From positions 3,895 through 67,894 of the forward strand of contig CAVSKC010000007.1 of assembly GCA_963728425.1 (NCBI GenBank): a stretch of 64,000 nt of DNA. Direction: 5' to 3'. Below, piece after piece: positions 1 through 10,222 of this stretch (within the stretch, counting starts at the first letter, position 1; every line of letters begins with the position of its first letter). The position numbers and the translations under genes are program-made. Source of the DNA: an uncultured Actinomycetota bacterium. Its GTDB lineage: Bacteria; Actinomycetota; Actinomycetes; JACCUZ01. The notes beneath the pieces were generated by a model, which was given only the letters and a program-made list of their open reading frames with translations, ran no database searches and was not told the origin of the DNA.

Positions 1-601
1 CACTGGCACAGCTGGCGGCCACGGCGTCCACCAAGTCGACCCCGCTGTGTCGGTCGAACACGATCGGTTCACCGGTATATGCATCGACTGTCGTGATGAG
101 CATTCGCCGTTGCGGCCAGAGCTGGCTGGGAAGCCGAGCGGCGACGGTAGCGCGCCACCGCTGCCCCGAGCCGTCCGACGCCGCATCCATGTCGAGCGCC
201 GCCGCACCCATTCTGCGACGCATGTCGGCTGCATCCTCAGCGGCAGCGATAATTCGGCTCGTTCTCTCCATGTGGTCCGCCGCCAGCCCAATGCGAACGC
301 GCCCCCCGTCGGCTCCCACCGGAGCAGTCCTTGGCAGGGGCGCGGCGGCGAGGATGTCGGCAAGCAGTTCGGCCGGGGGCGCGCTGAGCATTTGGGCCGC
401 GGCGGTCGATCCGGCCGACGTCCCGATGATCAGATCGGCCTCGGTCACATCCAACCCGGCCTCAAGCAGGCCGGCGATGACGCCGATCAGCCACGCATTG
501 CCTGCCGATCCGCCACCACCAAGGACCAACGCTGTACCGGTGGGGTGTTCCGAGAGGTCGTTGGAGGTCGGCTCCGCGTTGAACTGAAGTGAGTGATTCA
601 T
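1..601 (-). CDS. patatin-like phospholipase family protein (5' part; the gene runs off the left edge)
   Basis: A reverse-strand ATG at 601-599 opens a frame that is absent from the ORF track because no stop lies inside the window. My translation is MNHSLQFNAEPTSNDLSEHPTGTALVLGGGGSAGNAWLIGVIAGLLEAGLDVTEADLIIGTSAGSTAAAQ... It shows the patatin glycine-rich oxyanion box (GGGGSAG) and the GxSxG nucleophile motif (GTSAG). Confidence 0.7.
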   Translation of the reverse strand, partial: MNHSLQFNAEPTSNDLSEHPTGTALVLGGGGSAGNAWLIGVIAGLLEAGLDVTEADLIIGTSAGSTAAAQMLSAPPAELLADILAAAPLPRTAPVGADGGRVRIGLAADHMERTSRIIAAAEDAADMRRRMGAAALDMDAASDGSGQRWRATVAARLPSQLWPQRRMLITTVDAYTGEPIVFDRHSGVDLVDAVAASCAS

Positions 602-804
602 AGTCGTAGCTTTCTGAGAGCGCGTGCGGCGCTCCCCGCGACAGCTACGTCAGTCGCGCGATCGTGAACTCAAAGGAGCGCCCAGAGTGGACAGTGCGCA
701 TCGGGCTCACCTCCTCGAATCGTGTCACGTTCGCTCACGAAACTACCGGTTCAGGCTCGGGGCGCCAACCGATGTATTGGCTGGCCTGAACCAGCCACGT
801 GCCG

Positions 805-1749
805 TCAGCTCCCGGCGAGCTGCTCGACGACCGGGCCGAGCTGGTCGAGGTCGCCGACGAGGAACGACGAGATGCCGAGGCGGTCGCGCAGCTCGGTGAA
901 CTTCTCGACGAAGCGGTCATGGGACCCGATGAAGATGTGCGGCGAGTCGATGACCTCGCGCACGGTACAGCTCGATCCCGCTGCGCTCCTTCATCGCGGC
1001 CGACGACCTTCTCGGCCTCACCTTCCAGGTCGTCGGTGACCGTGACCGGCCAGAACGACGGGTAGACGTTGAGCGTCAGCTCGTCGAACCGCTCGCCCGC
1101 CGCCTCGCGGACCCAGCCGATCTTCTCCTCGGTCGCCGCCCAGGTGAACGACCGCGGGTCGGGCACGCCACCGCGCAGGATCCGCGGCGCCAAGGCCGAC
1201 GGTCTGCGCCTCGCGCGCGGCCAGCTCCAGGGTGGCCCGGCCGCCACCACCGATGAAGAACGGCGGGTGCGGCTGCTGCACCGGCTTCGGCTGCGCGTCG
1301 TAGTCGGTGATCGTGTAGTGCTCACCGGCGAACGAGAACGGGCCGGCGCCGAAGCAGCCCTTGAGGACCGTCACCGACTCGGCCAGCCGCGCCTGCCGGA
1401 CCCGGATCGGGTCGAACGGCAGCCCGATGGCGGTGTACTCGGCCTCGTTCCATCCCGCCCCGACCGCCACGTCGAGTCGCCCTTCGGACAGGACGTCGAG
1501 AGTGGCCAGCTCCTGGGCGAGCACCGCGGGATGGCGCAGGTCGTTGTTGTGCACGAACGCGCTGATCCGGATGCGCTCGGTGAGCGCGGCCACGGCGGCC
1601 AGGTACGGCACCGGGGCCGGCTGGCCCACCAGGTGGTCCGGCAGGACGAACGTGGTGACGCCAAGGTCCTCTGCGGCGCGCGCCCGCTCGCCGAGCTCGC
1701 GTGCGCTCGACACGTCGAACGCGTCGGCGAGGAAACAGAAGGGCGTCAT
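805..1749 (-). pseudogene. LLM-class (luciferase-like) F420-dependent oxidoreductase, frame broken about 3 times as sequenced
   Basis: ORF 1018..1749(-) reads MTPFCFLADAFDVSSARELGERARAAEDLGVTTFVLPDHL...PPFFIGGGGRATLELAAREAQTVGL. The continuation APRILRGGVPDPRSFTWAATEEKIGWVREAAGERFDELTLNVYPSFWPVTVTDDLEGEAEKVV lies in ORF 735..1325(-). The tail (AAMKERSGIELYRAR, then EVIDSPHIFIGSHDRFVEKFTELRDRLGISSFLVGDLDQLGPVVEQLAGS*) needs two more shifts. Breaks lie near 1190, 1008 and 960; the stop is at 807-805. Confidence 0.7.
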
Positions 1750-1776
1750 GGGCGATGATGATGCCGGTCGTGGGTG

Positions 1777-2041
1777 CTACGGGACGCGCGGCACCACGAC
1801 CTGCCCGGAGACGATCCTCCGCCGCAGTGCGTCGATCTGAGGACGTACGTCGGTGAGATAACCACCGCTCCAGCTGATGTCGACCGCCCGGTGGTTAGCC
1901 CGACCGCGCGGACACCGGGGCCAACCGGCCCTCGGCGTGGGCCGCGAGGGTGTGGGCGGAGCCGGTCACTCGGGACCCGGCGTCGGTCGCCGTGCCCGAG
2001 GCGCGGATGCAGGGCACTCCGAGGACCAGGGTCCGTCGCAT
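1777..2041 (-). CDS. hypothetical small protein, possibly frameshifted near 1895
   Basis: An ATG at 2041-2039 is preceded by GAAGGAA. The frame MRRTLVLGVPCIRASGTATDAGSRVTGSAHTLAAHAEGRLAPVSARSG stops at 1895. A shifted frame continues ANHRAVDISWSGGYLTDVRPQIDALRRRIVSGQVVVPRVP* to 1777. No family was recognised; any resemblance to M15-type peptidase motifs is too weak to call. Confidence 0.2.
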
Positions 2042-2132
2042 GGCGATTCCTTCGTTCCGGCGTCCGCTCGAGTGGCGGTTCGCGATGGCCGAAGGGTGCG
2101 CCGCGTCGCTCAACGACGGCTCTACGCCTTCC

Positions 2133-2318
2133 TCAGCGGCGGGCGAGCCACTTCCGGACGTCGGCGACGCTGGCGAGCCACTCGCCCTGCTTCTGCTGAG
2201 CCACCAGCTTGCGGTCCCGCACGGCGGCCTGCACCGTGCCGAGGTCGACCTTGGCCATCACGGCCACCTTGTCGAGGGTGAGCAGCGCGTCCTGGGACTG
2301 CCGAGAGGTCTCATACAT
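2133..2318 (-). CDS. small helix-turn-helix DNA-binding protein (excisionase/MerR-like HTH), 61 aa
   Basis: This is the C-terminal part of ORF 2133..3167(-). From the ATG at 2318 it reads MYETSRQSQDALLTLDKVAVMAKVDLGTVQAAVRDRKLVAQQKQGEWLASVADVRKWLARR. The pattern (L-T-x-x-x-x-A, helix-turn-helix, then a W-L tail) is typical of excisionase-family HTH proteins. Confidence 0.45.
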   Translation of the reverse strand: MYETSRQSQDALLTLDKVAVMAKVDLGTVQAAVRDRKLVAQQKQGEWLASVADVRKWLARR

Positions 2319-2359
2319 CCCTGCGTGATCGACAGGACGACGCTGCAACTTGACGGTTC

Positions 2360-3073
2360 TCAGCCGGTCGGCGCCGTGGTGAGCTGGCGGCGCATGTCGG
2401 CCAGCATCGCCTCGAACATCGGCTCGGGGTCGTCCAGCGCGAAACCGAGGTGCCCGAACACCTCGATCGTCACGCCGCCGTAAAGACGGACCCAGCCCGA
2501 CAGGTAGGCGGCCAGCGCACCGAGCGGCAGCACGCCACCGGCGTACGACGAGAAGGCCCGCAGCTGCTGGACGAGCCGGTCCGGGAGCTCCGTGTCCTCG
2601 GGCACGGCGAACGGATGCGCCTGCCAGATCTCGACGAAGATGCCGAGGAACACGGCGCCGAACGACAGGTCCTCGTCGACCCCCTCGTGCCCGGCGGGGG
2701 GCTTGTCGACGGCCGAGGCGAACACCAGCTGGAACTCGCGCGGGTGCGCCAGCGACCAGCCGCGGAAGGCCCGGCAGGCCGCCATCAGCCGGCCGACCGG
2801 GTCGTCGGTGCCCACCGCGTCCCTGGCCTGCTCGAGGGTCACCGTGATCTCGTCGAGGAGGTCCATGCACAAACCGCCGACGAGCTCCTCGTGGCTGTCG
2901 AAGTAGCGGTAGAGCGCGGGCGCCGTCATGCCCATCGCCCGGGCGATGGCCCGCAGCGTGAGAGCCTCCGCCCCCTCGGTGACCATCAGGGCCCGGGCGG
3001 TGGCCTTGATCTCGGCCACCGTCGCGTCGCGGACCCGGGACCGCCGGGTGACCGCCGCCTGTTCGACCACCAC
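2360..3073 (-). CDS. TetR/AcrR family transcriptional regulator
   Basis: ORF 2360..3154(-) contains the TetR HTH, ...RSRVRDATVAEIKATARALMVTEGAEALTLRAIARAMGMTAPALYRYFDSHEELV... The likely start is the GTG at 3073, preceded by GAGGAAGG. The gene is divergent from the MMPL gene. Confidence 0.85.
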   Translation of the reverse strand: MVVEQAAVTRRSRVRDATVAEIKATARALMVTEGAEALTLRAIARAMGMTAPALYRYFDSHEELVGGLCMDLLDEITVTLEQARDAVGTDDPVGRLMAACRAFRGWSLAHPREFQLVFASAVDKPPAGHEGVDEDLSFGAVFLGIFVEIWQAHPFAVPEDTELPDRLVQQLRAFSSYAGGVLPLGALAAYLSGWVRLYGGVTIEVFGHLGFALDDPEPMFEAMLADMRRQLTTAPTG

Positions 3074-3127
3074 CGACCACCTTCCTCGACGTTCCCGCGG
3101 AAACGTCTTGTGAACACCCTTGACATT

Positions 3128-3181
3128 CGTGAACGCTGTCAGCATAGTGAACATCGTTCACAATCACAACCTGTGTTCACG
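3128..3181. promoter_or_regulatory. nested inverted repeats, candidate TetR operator in the TetR/MMPL divergent intergenic region
   Basis: There is a perfect palindrome GTGAAC-ATC-GTTCAC at 3147-3161. It is flanked almost symmetrically by CGTGAAC (3128-3134) and GTTCACG (3175-3181). A further TGTGAACA copy sits at 3109-3116. Confidence 0.5.
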
Positions 3182-3201
3182 ACATGCTAGGGGAGACCGT
3201 C

Positions 3202-5420
3202 ATGTTCGACCGGCTGGGACACGTCACCTTCCACCACCGCCGTCTCGTCCTGGCTCTCGCCGGGGCCTTCCTCGCCCTCGGCGCCCTGTGGGGCACCGGG
3301 GTCTTCGCCTCGATGGTGTCGAGCGGGTTCGAGACGCCGGGCAGCGAGTCGGCCCGCGCACTGGCGCAGACCGAGGCCACCGTCGGTCGCGGTGGCGCCG
3401 ATGTGGTGGTCATGTACCGCGACGGCGGCCGCACCGTCGACGACCCGGCCTTCCGGAGCGCCGTCGAGGCGCACCTCGCCTCGCTGCCGCGCGACCTGGT
3501 GGCGTCGACCGCGACGACCTGGACCGCCGGACCGGACGCCGCGAGGTTCGTCTCGGCCGACCGCCGCTCGACGTACGCCGTCGTGCAGCTGACCGGCACC
3601 GGCGACGACGAGCTGATGGACAACTACGACCAGCTCGAGCCCGCGCTGCGTGCCACACCGCCAGGGCTGGACGTGCAGCTCGGTGGCGACGCGGCCATCA
3701 GCAGTGACATCACCACCCAGGTGAGCGAGGACATCGCCCGGGCCGAGCAGATCTCGTTGCCAGTCGTGCTGGTGCTGCTCGTCGTCATCTTCGGCGGGCT
3801 CACCGCCGCGAGCCTGCCCCTGGCGATCGGCGGCCTGTCCATCCTGGGCGCCTTCACGATGCTGCGGCTGCTCAGCCTGGTCACCGACGTCTCCATCTTC
3901 GCGGTCAACATCGTCACGATGCTCGGCCTCGGTCTGGCGATCGACTACGGGCTGTTCGTCGTCAGCCGGTTCCGCGAGGAGGTCCGCAGCGGCAAGGACA
4001 CCGAGGCGGCGCTGCGTCGGACCATGGCCACCGCCGGCCGCACGGTCGCCTTCTCCGGCCTCACCGTCGCTATCTCGCTCGCCTCGCTGCTGTTCTTCCC
4101 GCAGGTCTTCCTGCGGTCGATGGGCTTCGGTGGCATGGCCGCCGTCCTCGTCGCGATGGTCGGCGCGCTGACCGTGCTCCCGGCGCTGCTCGCCGTCCTC
4201 GGCCCGCGGGTCGACTCGCTGCGGATCCCGTTCCGCCACCGCCGTACGCCGGTCGGCCCGCCGGCAGCCGAGGCGCCGCACGGTGCGTGGTACCGGCTGG
4301 CCCGCAGCGTGATGCGCCGCCCGATCGCCTACGTCGCGGTGATCGTGCCGTTGCTGCTCGTCGCCGGCCTGCCGTTCCTGCGGGTGGAGTTCGGCGGGGT
4401 CGACCACCGGGCGCTGCCCGAGGGCACCGAGAGCCGGGTCGTGTCCGAGTCGCTGCTGACCGACTTCCCCGGCGGCGGCACGACGACGATCGACGCGGTG
4501 GCGACCTTCGCCGACGGGTCGATCGACGCCGGTGACCGCGCTGCCCTCGGCCGGTACGTCGACCAGGTGGCCGCCCTGCCCGGCGTCCAGTCCGCGGAGG
4601 TGACCGCCACCGACGGCGGCAGCGCGCTGGTCGAGGTGCGGCACGCGTTCGAGGGCCTGTCCACCGACGCACGCGACCTGGTGGGCGAGGTCCGCGACGT
4701 GCCCGACCCGGCCGGCGCCGAGGTCCTCGTGGGCGGCCGGGCTGCTGACCTGCGCGACCTGCTCGCCAACCTCGGGGCCACCCTGCCGTGGATGGGCCTG
4801 TTCGTGGTCGGCGTCACCCTCGTCCTGCTGTTCCTCGCCTTCGGCTCCGTCGTGCTGCCGGCCAAGGCGGTGGTGATGAACGTGCTGTCGCTGTCGGCGT
4901 CCTTCGGTGCCCTCGTCTGGATCTTCCAGGACGGCCATCTGTCATCGCTACTCGGCTTCACCAGCACCGGCGCCATCGAGGCAACCCAGCCGATCCTCAT
5001 GCTGGCCATGGCGTTCGGGCTGTCGATGGACTACGAGGTGTTCCTGCTCTCGCGGATCCGCGAGGAGTGGGACCGCGCGGGGACGACAACACCGCAGCCG
5101 TGGCCACCGGGCTGCAGAAGACCGGGCGCATCATCACCAGCGCCGGGCTGCTGCTGGTGGTGGTCATCGGCGCCTTCGCGACCTCCGGCATCGTCTTCAT
5201 CAAGATGATCGGCGTCGGCATGGTGATCGCGATCATCATCGACGCGACCGTGGTGCGGGCCCTGCTCGTGCCGGCCACCATGCGGCTGCTCGGCCGGTGG
5301 AACTGGTGGGCGCCCGCGCCGCTGGCCCGGTTCTGGTCCCGCCACGGATTCCGCGAGACCGACGCCGTCGTCAGCCTGCCGGAGCAGAGCCAGGGCGCCC
5401 GGGAGCCGGTTGCTCCCTGA
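3202..5420 (+). pseudogene. MMPL family (RND superfamily) membrane transporter, one frameshift near 5075
   Basis: ORF 3184..5208 begins MFDRLGHVTFHHRRLVLALAGAFLALGALWGTGVF... and shows typical MMPL repeats. The ATG at 3202 follows GGGGAG. After ...LLSRIREEWDR the conserved tail GDDNTAAVATGLQKTGRIITSAGLLLVVVIGAFATSGIVFIKMIGVGMVIAIIIDATVVRALLVPATMRLLGRWNWW continues in ORF 4788..5420. Confidence 0.8.
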
Positions 5421-5432
5421 GACACTGGCCCG

Positions 5433-6635
5433 GTGAGCGAGCGCCGGGACGTCGTGGTGCTGGGGTCGACCGGCTCGGTCGGCACCCAGGCCCTGGACAT
5501 CGTCCGGCACGCCCCGGACCGGTTCCGGGTGGTCGGGCTGGCAGCCGGCGGCGGCAACGTCGACCTGCTGGCCCGGCAGGCGCTCGAGCTCGGCGTCGAG
5601 GCGGTGGCGGTGTCCCGGGCCAGTGCCGCCCAGGACCTGCAGCTCGCGTTCTACGCCGCCGCCAAGAAGGGCGGGTACGACGCCGGGGAGCACCCGGTCC
5701 CCAAGATCCTGGCCGGGCCGGACGCCGCGACCGAGCTGGCCCGGTGGCCCTGCGACGTGGTGCTCAACGCGGTCACCGGCTCGATCGGGCTCGGGCCGAC
5801 GCTCGCCGCGCTGGCGGAGGGCCGCACCCTGGCGCTGGCGAACAAGGAGTCGCTGGTCGCCGGCGGCCCACTCGTCAAGGCAGCCGTCCAGCGGCCGGAC
5901 CAGATCGTCCCGGTCGACTCCGAGCACTCGGCGCTGGCGCAGTGCCTGCGCGGCGGCCGGCCGGACGAGGTACGCCGGCTGGTGCTGACCGCCAGCGGCG
6001 GGCCGTTCCGGGGCCGCAGCCGCGCGGACCTGCACGGCGTCACGGTCGAGCAGGCGCTGGCACACCCGACCTGGGACATGGGCCCGGTCGTCACCATCAA
6101 CTCCGCCACGCTGGTCAACAAGGGCCTGGAGCTGATCGAGGCGCACCTGCTCTTCGACATCCCGCTGGACCGGGTCGACGTCGTGGTGCACCCGCAGTCG
6201 GTCGTGCACTCGATGGTGGAGTTCGTCGACGGCTCGACCCTCGCCCAGGCCAGCCCGCCGGACATGCGGCTGCCCATCGCCCTCGGCCTGGGCTGGCCGG
6301 ACCGGGTGCCAGGCGCCGCCGGCGGCTGCGACTGGACCACGGCGGCCACCTGGGAGTTCCTGCCGCTCGACGACGAGGCCTTCCCGGCCGTCGGTCTGGC
6401 CCGCGCCGCCGGGCTGGCCGGCGGCACCGCCCCGGCCGTCTACAACGCGGCCAACGAGGTCTGCGTGGCGGCCTTCGTCGAGAATCGGCTGCCCTTCACC
6501 GGTATCGTGGACACCCTCGCGCGAGTGCTCGACGAGCACGAGGTGGGGAACGTCGGGAGCCTCTCGGACGTCCTCGACGCGGAGAGATGGGCCCGGGACC
6601 GGGCCGCCACGCTGACCGCGAAGGACCCTGGATGA
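5433..6635 (+). CDS. dxr: 1-deoxy-D-xylulose-5-phosphate reductoisomerase
   Basis: Intact 400-aa ORF. The N-terminus [18 protein letters not shown] is the NADPH-binding motif. The motifs ...LANKESLV..., ...PVDSEHSA... and the synteny with the M50 protease and ispG all fit dxr. Confidence 0.92.
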   Translation: MSERRDVVVLGSTGSVGTQALDIVRHAPDRFRVVGLAAGGGNVDLLARQALELGVEAVAVSRASAAQDLQLAFYAAAKKGGYDAGEHPVPKILAGPDAATELARWPCDVVLNAVTGSIGLGPTLAALAEGRTLALANKESLVAGGPLVKAAVQRPDQIVPVDSEHSALAQCLRGGRPDEVRRLVLTASGGPFRGRSRADLHGVTVEQALAHPTWDMGPVVTINSATLVNKGLELIEAHLLFDIPLDRVDVVVHPQSVVHSMVEFVDGSTLAQASPPDMRLPIALGLGWPDRVPGAAGGCDWTTAATWEFLPLDDEAFPAVGLARAAGLAGGTAPAVYNAANEVCVAAFVENRLPFTGIVDTLARVLDEHEVGNVGSLSDVLDAERWARDRAATLTAKDPG

Positions 6636-7891
6636 GCTTCTGGATCGGTGTGCTGATCTTCGCGATCGGCATCCTGGTGTCCGTGTGCCTGCACGAGGCG
6701 GGCCACCTGCTCACCGCGAAGCGGTTCGGCATGAAGGCCACCCAGTACTTCGCCGGCTTCGGCCCCACTATCTGGTCGATCAAGCGTGGCGAGACCGAGT
6801 ACGGCCTCAAGGCGGTGCCGGCCGGTGGCTTCGTGAAGATCGTCGGGATGACCCCGCTCGAGGAAGTCGCGCCGGAGGACCGGGACCGGGTGTTCTGGAA
6901 GTTCCCCCTCTGGCAGCGCACGATCGTGCTCGTCGCGGGCTCGGCGACCCACTTCGTGCTCGCCCTGCTGATCTTCTACGCCGCGGCAGTGGCGACCGGC
7001 CTGCCCAACCCGGCGGCCGCGAGCTTCGAGCCGCTGGACGCGCGACCGGTGGTCGGGCAGGTCTCCGCCTGCGTGGTCCCGGGCTTCGACCTGACCAAGG
7101 ACAAGGCGTTGCGCGACTGCCGCCCCGGTGACCCGGAGGCGCCGGCGCGGGCTGCCGGTCTCCAGCACGGCGACCTGGTGACCTCCATCGGCGGCAAGCC
7201 GGTCACGACGTACGGCGACCTGGTCAAGGCCGTCCGCGCCACCCCGCCCGGGCAACCGGTGGAGCTGACCTACAAGCGTGCCGGGACGGTCCACACCACC
7301 ACGGCGACGCTGGTGGCCACCCAGCGGCCTGCGCTCACCGACACGGCGCTGACCGGCCCGTTGCAGACGGTGTCCGCGATCGGCATCTCGGTCCGCTACC
7401 CGAAGCGGATCCTGCACTACTCGGCGGCCGGGGCCGTGGGCGGCTCGGTCACCTTCCTCGGCTCGACGGTGGAGCAGACGTTCAAGGCCCTCGGCGCCTT
7501 CCCGTCGAAGATCCCGAAGCTGTTCGACGCGCTCGGCGGCGGGGAGCGCGACCAGGAGACGCCCATCAGCGTGGTCGGTGCCAGCCGGATCGGGGGCGAG
7601 GCCGTCGAGCTCGGGGCGCCGATCATCTTCCTGGCGCTGCTCGGTGGCCTGAACGTCTTCATCGGCGTCTTCAACTTGTTCCCGCTGCTGCCGCTGGACG
7701 GCGGTCACGTCGCGGTGGCCTGGTTCGAGCGGGTCCGGTCCTTGCTGGCCGCGCGTCGCGGCCGACCCGACCCCGGCCGGGTCGACTACAACAAGCTGCT
7801 GCCCGCGACGTACCTCGTGGTGCTGCTCTTCGGCGGCCTGACGCTGCTGACCCTGGCCGCCGACATCGTGAACCCCATCACCCTGCAGTAG
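6632..7891 (+). CDS. M50 family site-2 (RIP) zinc metalloprotease with PDZ domain (Rip1/RseP-like)
   Basis: The ATG at 6632 overlaps the dxr stop (ATGA). The protein reads [35 protein letters not shown] (HExxH) ... [13 protein letters not shown] (the LDG motif). It lies in the conserved position between dxr and ispG. Confidence 0.88.
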   Translation: MSFWIGVLIFAIGILVSVCLHEAGHLLTAKRFGMKATQYFAGFGPTIWSIKRGETEYGLKAVPAGGFVKIVGMTPLEEVAPEDRDRVFWKFPLWQRTIVLVAGSATHFVLALLIFYAAAVATGLPNPAAASFEPLDARPVVGQVSACVVPGFDLTKDKALRDCRPGDPEAPARAAGLQHGDLVTSIGGKPVTTYGDLVKAVRATPPGQPVELTYKRAGTVHTTTATLVATQRPALTDTALTGPLQTVSAIGISVRYPKRILHYSAAGAVGGSVTFLGSTVEQTFKALGAFPSKIPKLFDALGGGERDQETPISVVGASRIGGEAVELGAPIIFLALLGGLNVFIGVFNLFPLLPLDGGHVAVAWFERVRSLLAARRGRPDPGRVDYNKLLPATYLVVLLFGGLTLLTLAADIVNPITLQ

Positions 7892-7933
7892 GCGCGGTCG
7901 GTCCCGAGCGGACGCGCGAGCGATACTGGACCT

Positions 7934-9088
7934 ATGACCGTCTCTCTCGGCATGCCCGAGACGCCGCCCCGGCCGCTCGCGACCCGGCGCGTCTCCCGGC
8001 AGATCGACGTCGGCGGCGTGCTCGTCGGGGGCGACGCCCCGGTATCGGTGCAGTCGATGACCACGACCCCGACGACGGACATCAACGCCACCCTGCAGCA
8101 GATCGCCGAGCTCACGGCCACCGGCTGCCAGATCGTGCGGGTGGCCTGCCCCACCCAGGACGACGCCGACGCGCTGCCGGCCATCGCGAAGAAGTCGCAG
8201 ATCCCGGTGATCGCCGACATCCACTTCCAGCCCAAGTACGTGTTCGCCGCGATCGACGCCGGCTGCGCCGCGGTCCGGGTCAACCCCGGAAACATCAAGG
8301 CGTTCGACGACAAGGTCAAGGAGATCGCCGACGCGGCGAACGCCGCCAAGGTCCCGATCCGGATCGGGGTCAACGCCGGGTCGCTGGACAAGCGGCTGCT
8401 GGCGAAGTACGGCAAGGCCACGCCCGAGGCGCTGGTCGAGTCGGCGCTGTGGGAGTGCTCGCTGTTCGAGGAGCACGGCTTCCGCGACATCAAGATCTCG
8501 GTGAAGCACAACGACCCGGTCGTCATGGTGAACGCCTACCGGCTGCTCGCCGAGCAGTGCGACTACCCGCTGCACCTCGGCGTCACCGAGGCCGGGCCGG
8601 CCTTCCAGGGCACCATCAAATCGGCCGTCGCGTTCGGCGCCCTGCTGGCCGAGGGCATCGGCGACACCATCCGGGTCTCGCTGTCGGCACCACCGGTCGA
8701 GGAGGTCAAGGTCGGCAACCAGATCCTCGAGTCGCTCGGCCTCAAGACCCGGGGCCTGGAGATCGTGTCCTGCCCGTCCTGCGGGCGAGCCCAGGTCGAC
8801 GTGTACACCCTGGCCGACCAGGTGACCGCGGGTCTCGAGGGGCTCACCGTGCCGCTGCGCGTCGCGGTGATGGGCTGCGTCGTGAACGGCCCGGGGGAGG
8901 CGCGTGAGGCCGACCTCGGGGTGGCGTCGGGCAACGGGAAGGGCCAGATCTTCGTCCGCGGCGAGGTGATCAAGACGGTGCCCGAGTCGCAGATCGTCGA
9001 GACCCTCATCGAGGAGGCGATGCGAATCGCCGAGCAGATGGAGACCGAGGGCGTAGCCTCGGGCGAGCCGGCGGTGAGCGTCTCCTAG
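7934..9088 (+). CDS. ispG: 4-hydroxy-3-methylbut-2-en-1-yl diphosphate synthase (flavodoxin)
   Basis: Intact 384-aa ORF with ...SVQSMTTT...IVRVACP...ADIHF...RVNPGN...CPSCGR..., all typical of IspG/GcpE. Confidence 0.92.
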   Translation: MTVSLGMPETPPRPLATRRVSRQIDVGGVLVGGDAPVSVQSMTTTPTTDINATLQQIAELTATGCQIVRVACPTQDDADALPAIAKKSQIPVIADIHFQPKYVFAAIDAGCAAVRVNPGNIKAFDDKVKEIADAANAAKVPIRIGVNAGSLDKRLLAKYGKATPEALVESALWECSLFEEHGFRDIKISVKHNDPVVMVNAYRLLAEQCDYPLHLGVTEAGPAFQGTIKSAVAFGALLAEGIGDTIRVSLSAPPVEEVKVGNQILESLGLKTRGLEIVSCPSCGRAQVDVYTLADQVTAGLEGLTVPLRVAVMGCVVNGPGEAREADLGVASGNGKGQIFVRGEVIKTVPESQIVETLIEEAMRIAEQMETEGVASGEPAVSVS

Positions 9089-9137
9089 CGTCCGCGGTCC
9101 GGCGAGGAACGCCCACCACCGAGGAGGGACCGGGGTC

Positions 9138-9977
9138 ATGCTGCGCAGCACCTCGCTGCGCGTGCTGCGTCCCGAGGACCTGCCCGCGGTGACCGACGTG
9201 CTCACCCGGGATCCCGTCACCGACGTGTTCGTGGCCTCCCGGGTGGAGGCCGTCGGGCTGGACCCGGCCAGGCTCGGCGGTGAGATGTGGGGGTTCGCCG
9301 TCGACGGCTACCTCGAGTCGCTCTGCCACGCCGGCGCCAACATGGTGCCGGTGCAGGCCGGCCCCGAGGCGGTGCAGGCCTTCGCCGAGCGGGCCAGGCG
9401 CCAGGGCCGCCGCTGCGCCTCGATCGTGGGGGAGCGCGACGCGGTCGCCGGCCTGTGGTCTGAGCTGGCGTCCACCTGGGGGCCGGCCCGCGAGGTCCGC
9501 GACCCGCAGCCGCTGATGTCGATCGCCGGTCCACCGGCCGTGCCGCCCGACCCCCAGGTGCGGCGGGTCCGGCCGCACGAGCTGGACATCCTGGTCCCCG
9601 CCTGCGTGGCCATGTTCACCGAAGAGGTCGGGATCTCGCCGCTCGGCGCCGACGGTGGTGCGTCCTACCGCAGCCGGATCGCCGAGCTGGTGGCCGCTGG
9701 CCGAGCCTTCGCCCGGATCCAGGACGGTCGGGTCATCTTCAAGGCCGAGCTCGGCTCGGTCAGCTCGGCCGCCTGCCAGGTGCAGGGGGTGTGGGTGCCG
9801 CCCGACCTGCGCGGCCGCGGGCTCGCAGCGCCGGGGATGGCAGCAGTGGCCGAGCTGGCCCGCGAGGCCGCTCCGGTCGTGAGCCTCTACGTCAACGACT
9901 TCAACCACGCCGCGCGGGCGACCTACCGGCGGGTCGGCTTTGCCGACGTCGGCCAGTTCATGTCCGTCCTGTTCTAG
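9138..9977 (+). CDS. GNAT family N-acetyltransferase (two-domain type conserved downstream of ispG in actinobacteria)
   Basis: Intact 279-aa ORF. The C-terminal acetyl-CoA region reads ...VQGVWVPPDLRGRGLAAPGMAAVAELAREAAPVVSLYVNDFNHAARATYRRVGF. Confidence 0.7.
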   Translation: MLRSTSLRVLRPEDLPAVTDVLTRDPVTDVFVASRVEAVGLDPARLGGEMWGFAVDGYLESLCHAGANMVPVQAGPEAVQAFAERARRQGRRCASIVGERDAVAGLWSELASTWGPAREVRDPQPLMSIAGPPAVPPDPQVRRVRPHELDILVPACVAMFTEEVGISPLGADGGASYRSRIAELVAAGRAFARIQDGRVIFKAELGSVSSAACQVQGVWVPPDLRGRGLAAPGMAAVAELAREAAPVVSLYVNDFNHAARATYRRVGFADVGQFMSVLF

Positions 9978-10222
9978 TCGCTCTCAACCCGTCAACGATG
10001 CCCACCCGACCGCTGTACGTCGCGGGCTCGAGCGAAGCGGACCGGCTCGCGTGGCGTCGGGTGGGCCAGCAGCCGGTCCACTTCGGCGGGGGCAACCCGC
10101 GGGGCGACGGCGACTGGTGACTTCGCGGGCTGCACCGGCTGACAGGACCCCGCGAACCCACCAGTCCGTCGAGGGACGCAGACTGGGGCGCGATCCGGAC
10201 GATCGGCGGGAGGGGAGTCGGC

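Noticed and set aside
624-899. ORF with a good AAGGAG + GTG (about 686) in the patatin/LLM intergenic region, and the hairpin GAGCGC-N5-GCGCTC at about 616-634.
   Set aside because: The ORF immediately runs antisense into the LLM gene and is Arg-rich junk. The hairpin has no U-tract and lies in the patatin 5' region, so it is not called as a terminator or a gene.
4907-7891. 994-aa plus-strand ORF apparently fusing the MMPL end, dxr and the M50 protease.
   Set aside because: Only the last roughly 420 aa (from the ATG at 6632) are protein-like. The upstream part is an out-of-frame read-through of the MMPL and dxr genes.
6440-9220. Very long reverse-strand ORF (926 aa) covering rseP-like/ispG. 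Similar giants occur at 3187..4938(-), 13705..15771(-), 15336..17111(-), 32634..34904(-), 35197..37593(-), 58539..60419(-) and 61152..63986(-).
   Set aside because: These are Arg/Pro/Gly/Asp-rich translations with no family resemblance, lying exactly antisense to well-supported conserved genes. This is the classic stop-codon-poor shadow frame of high-GC DNA.
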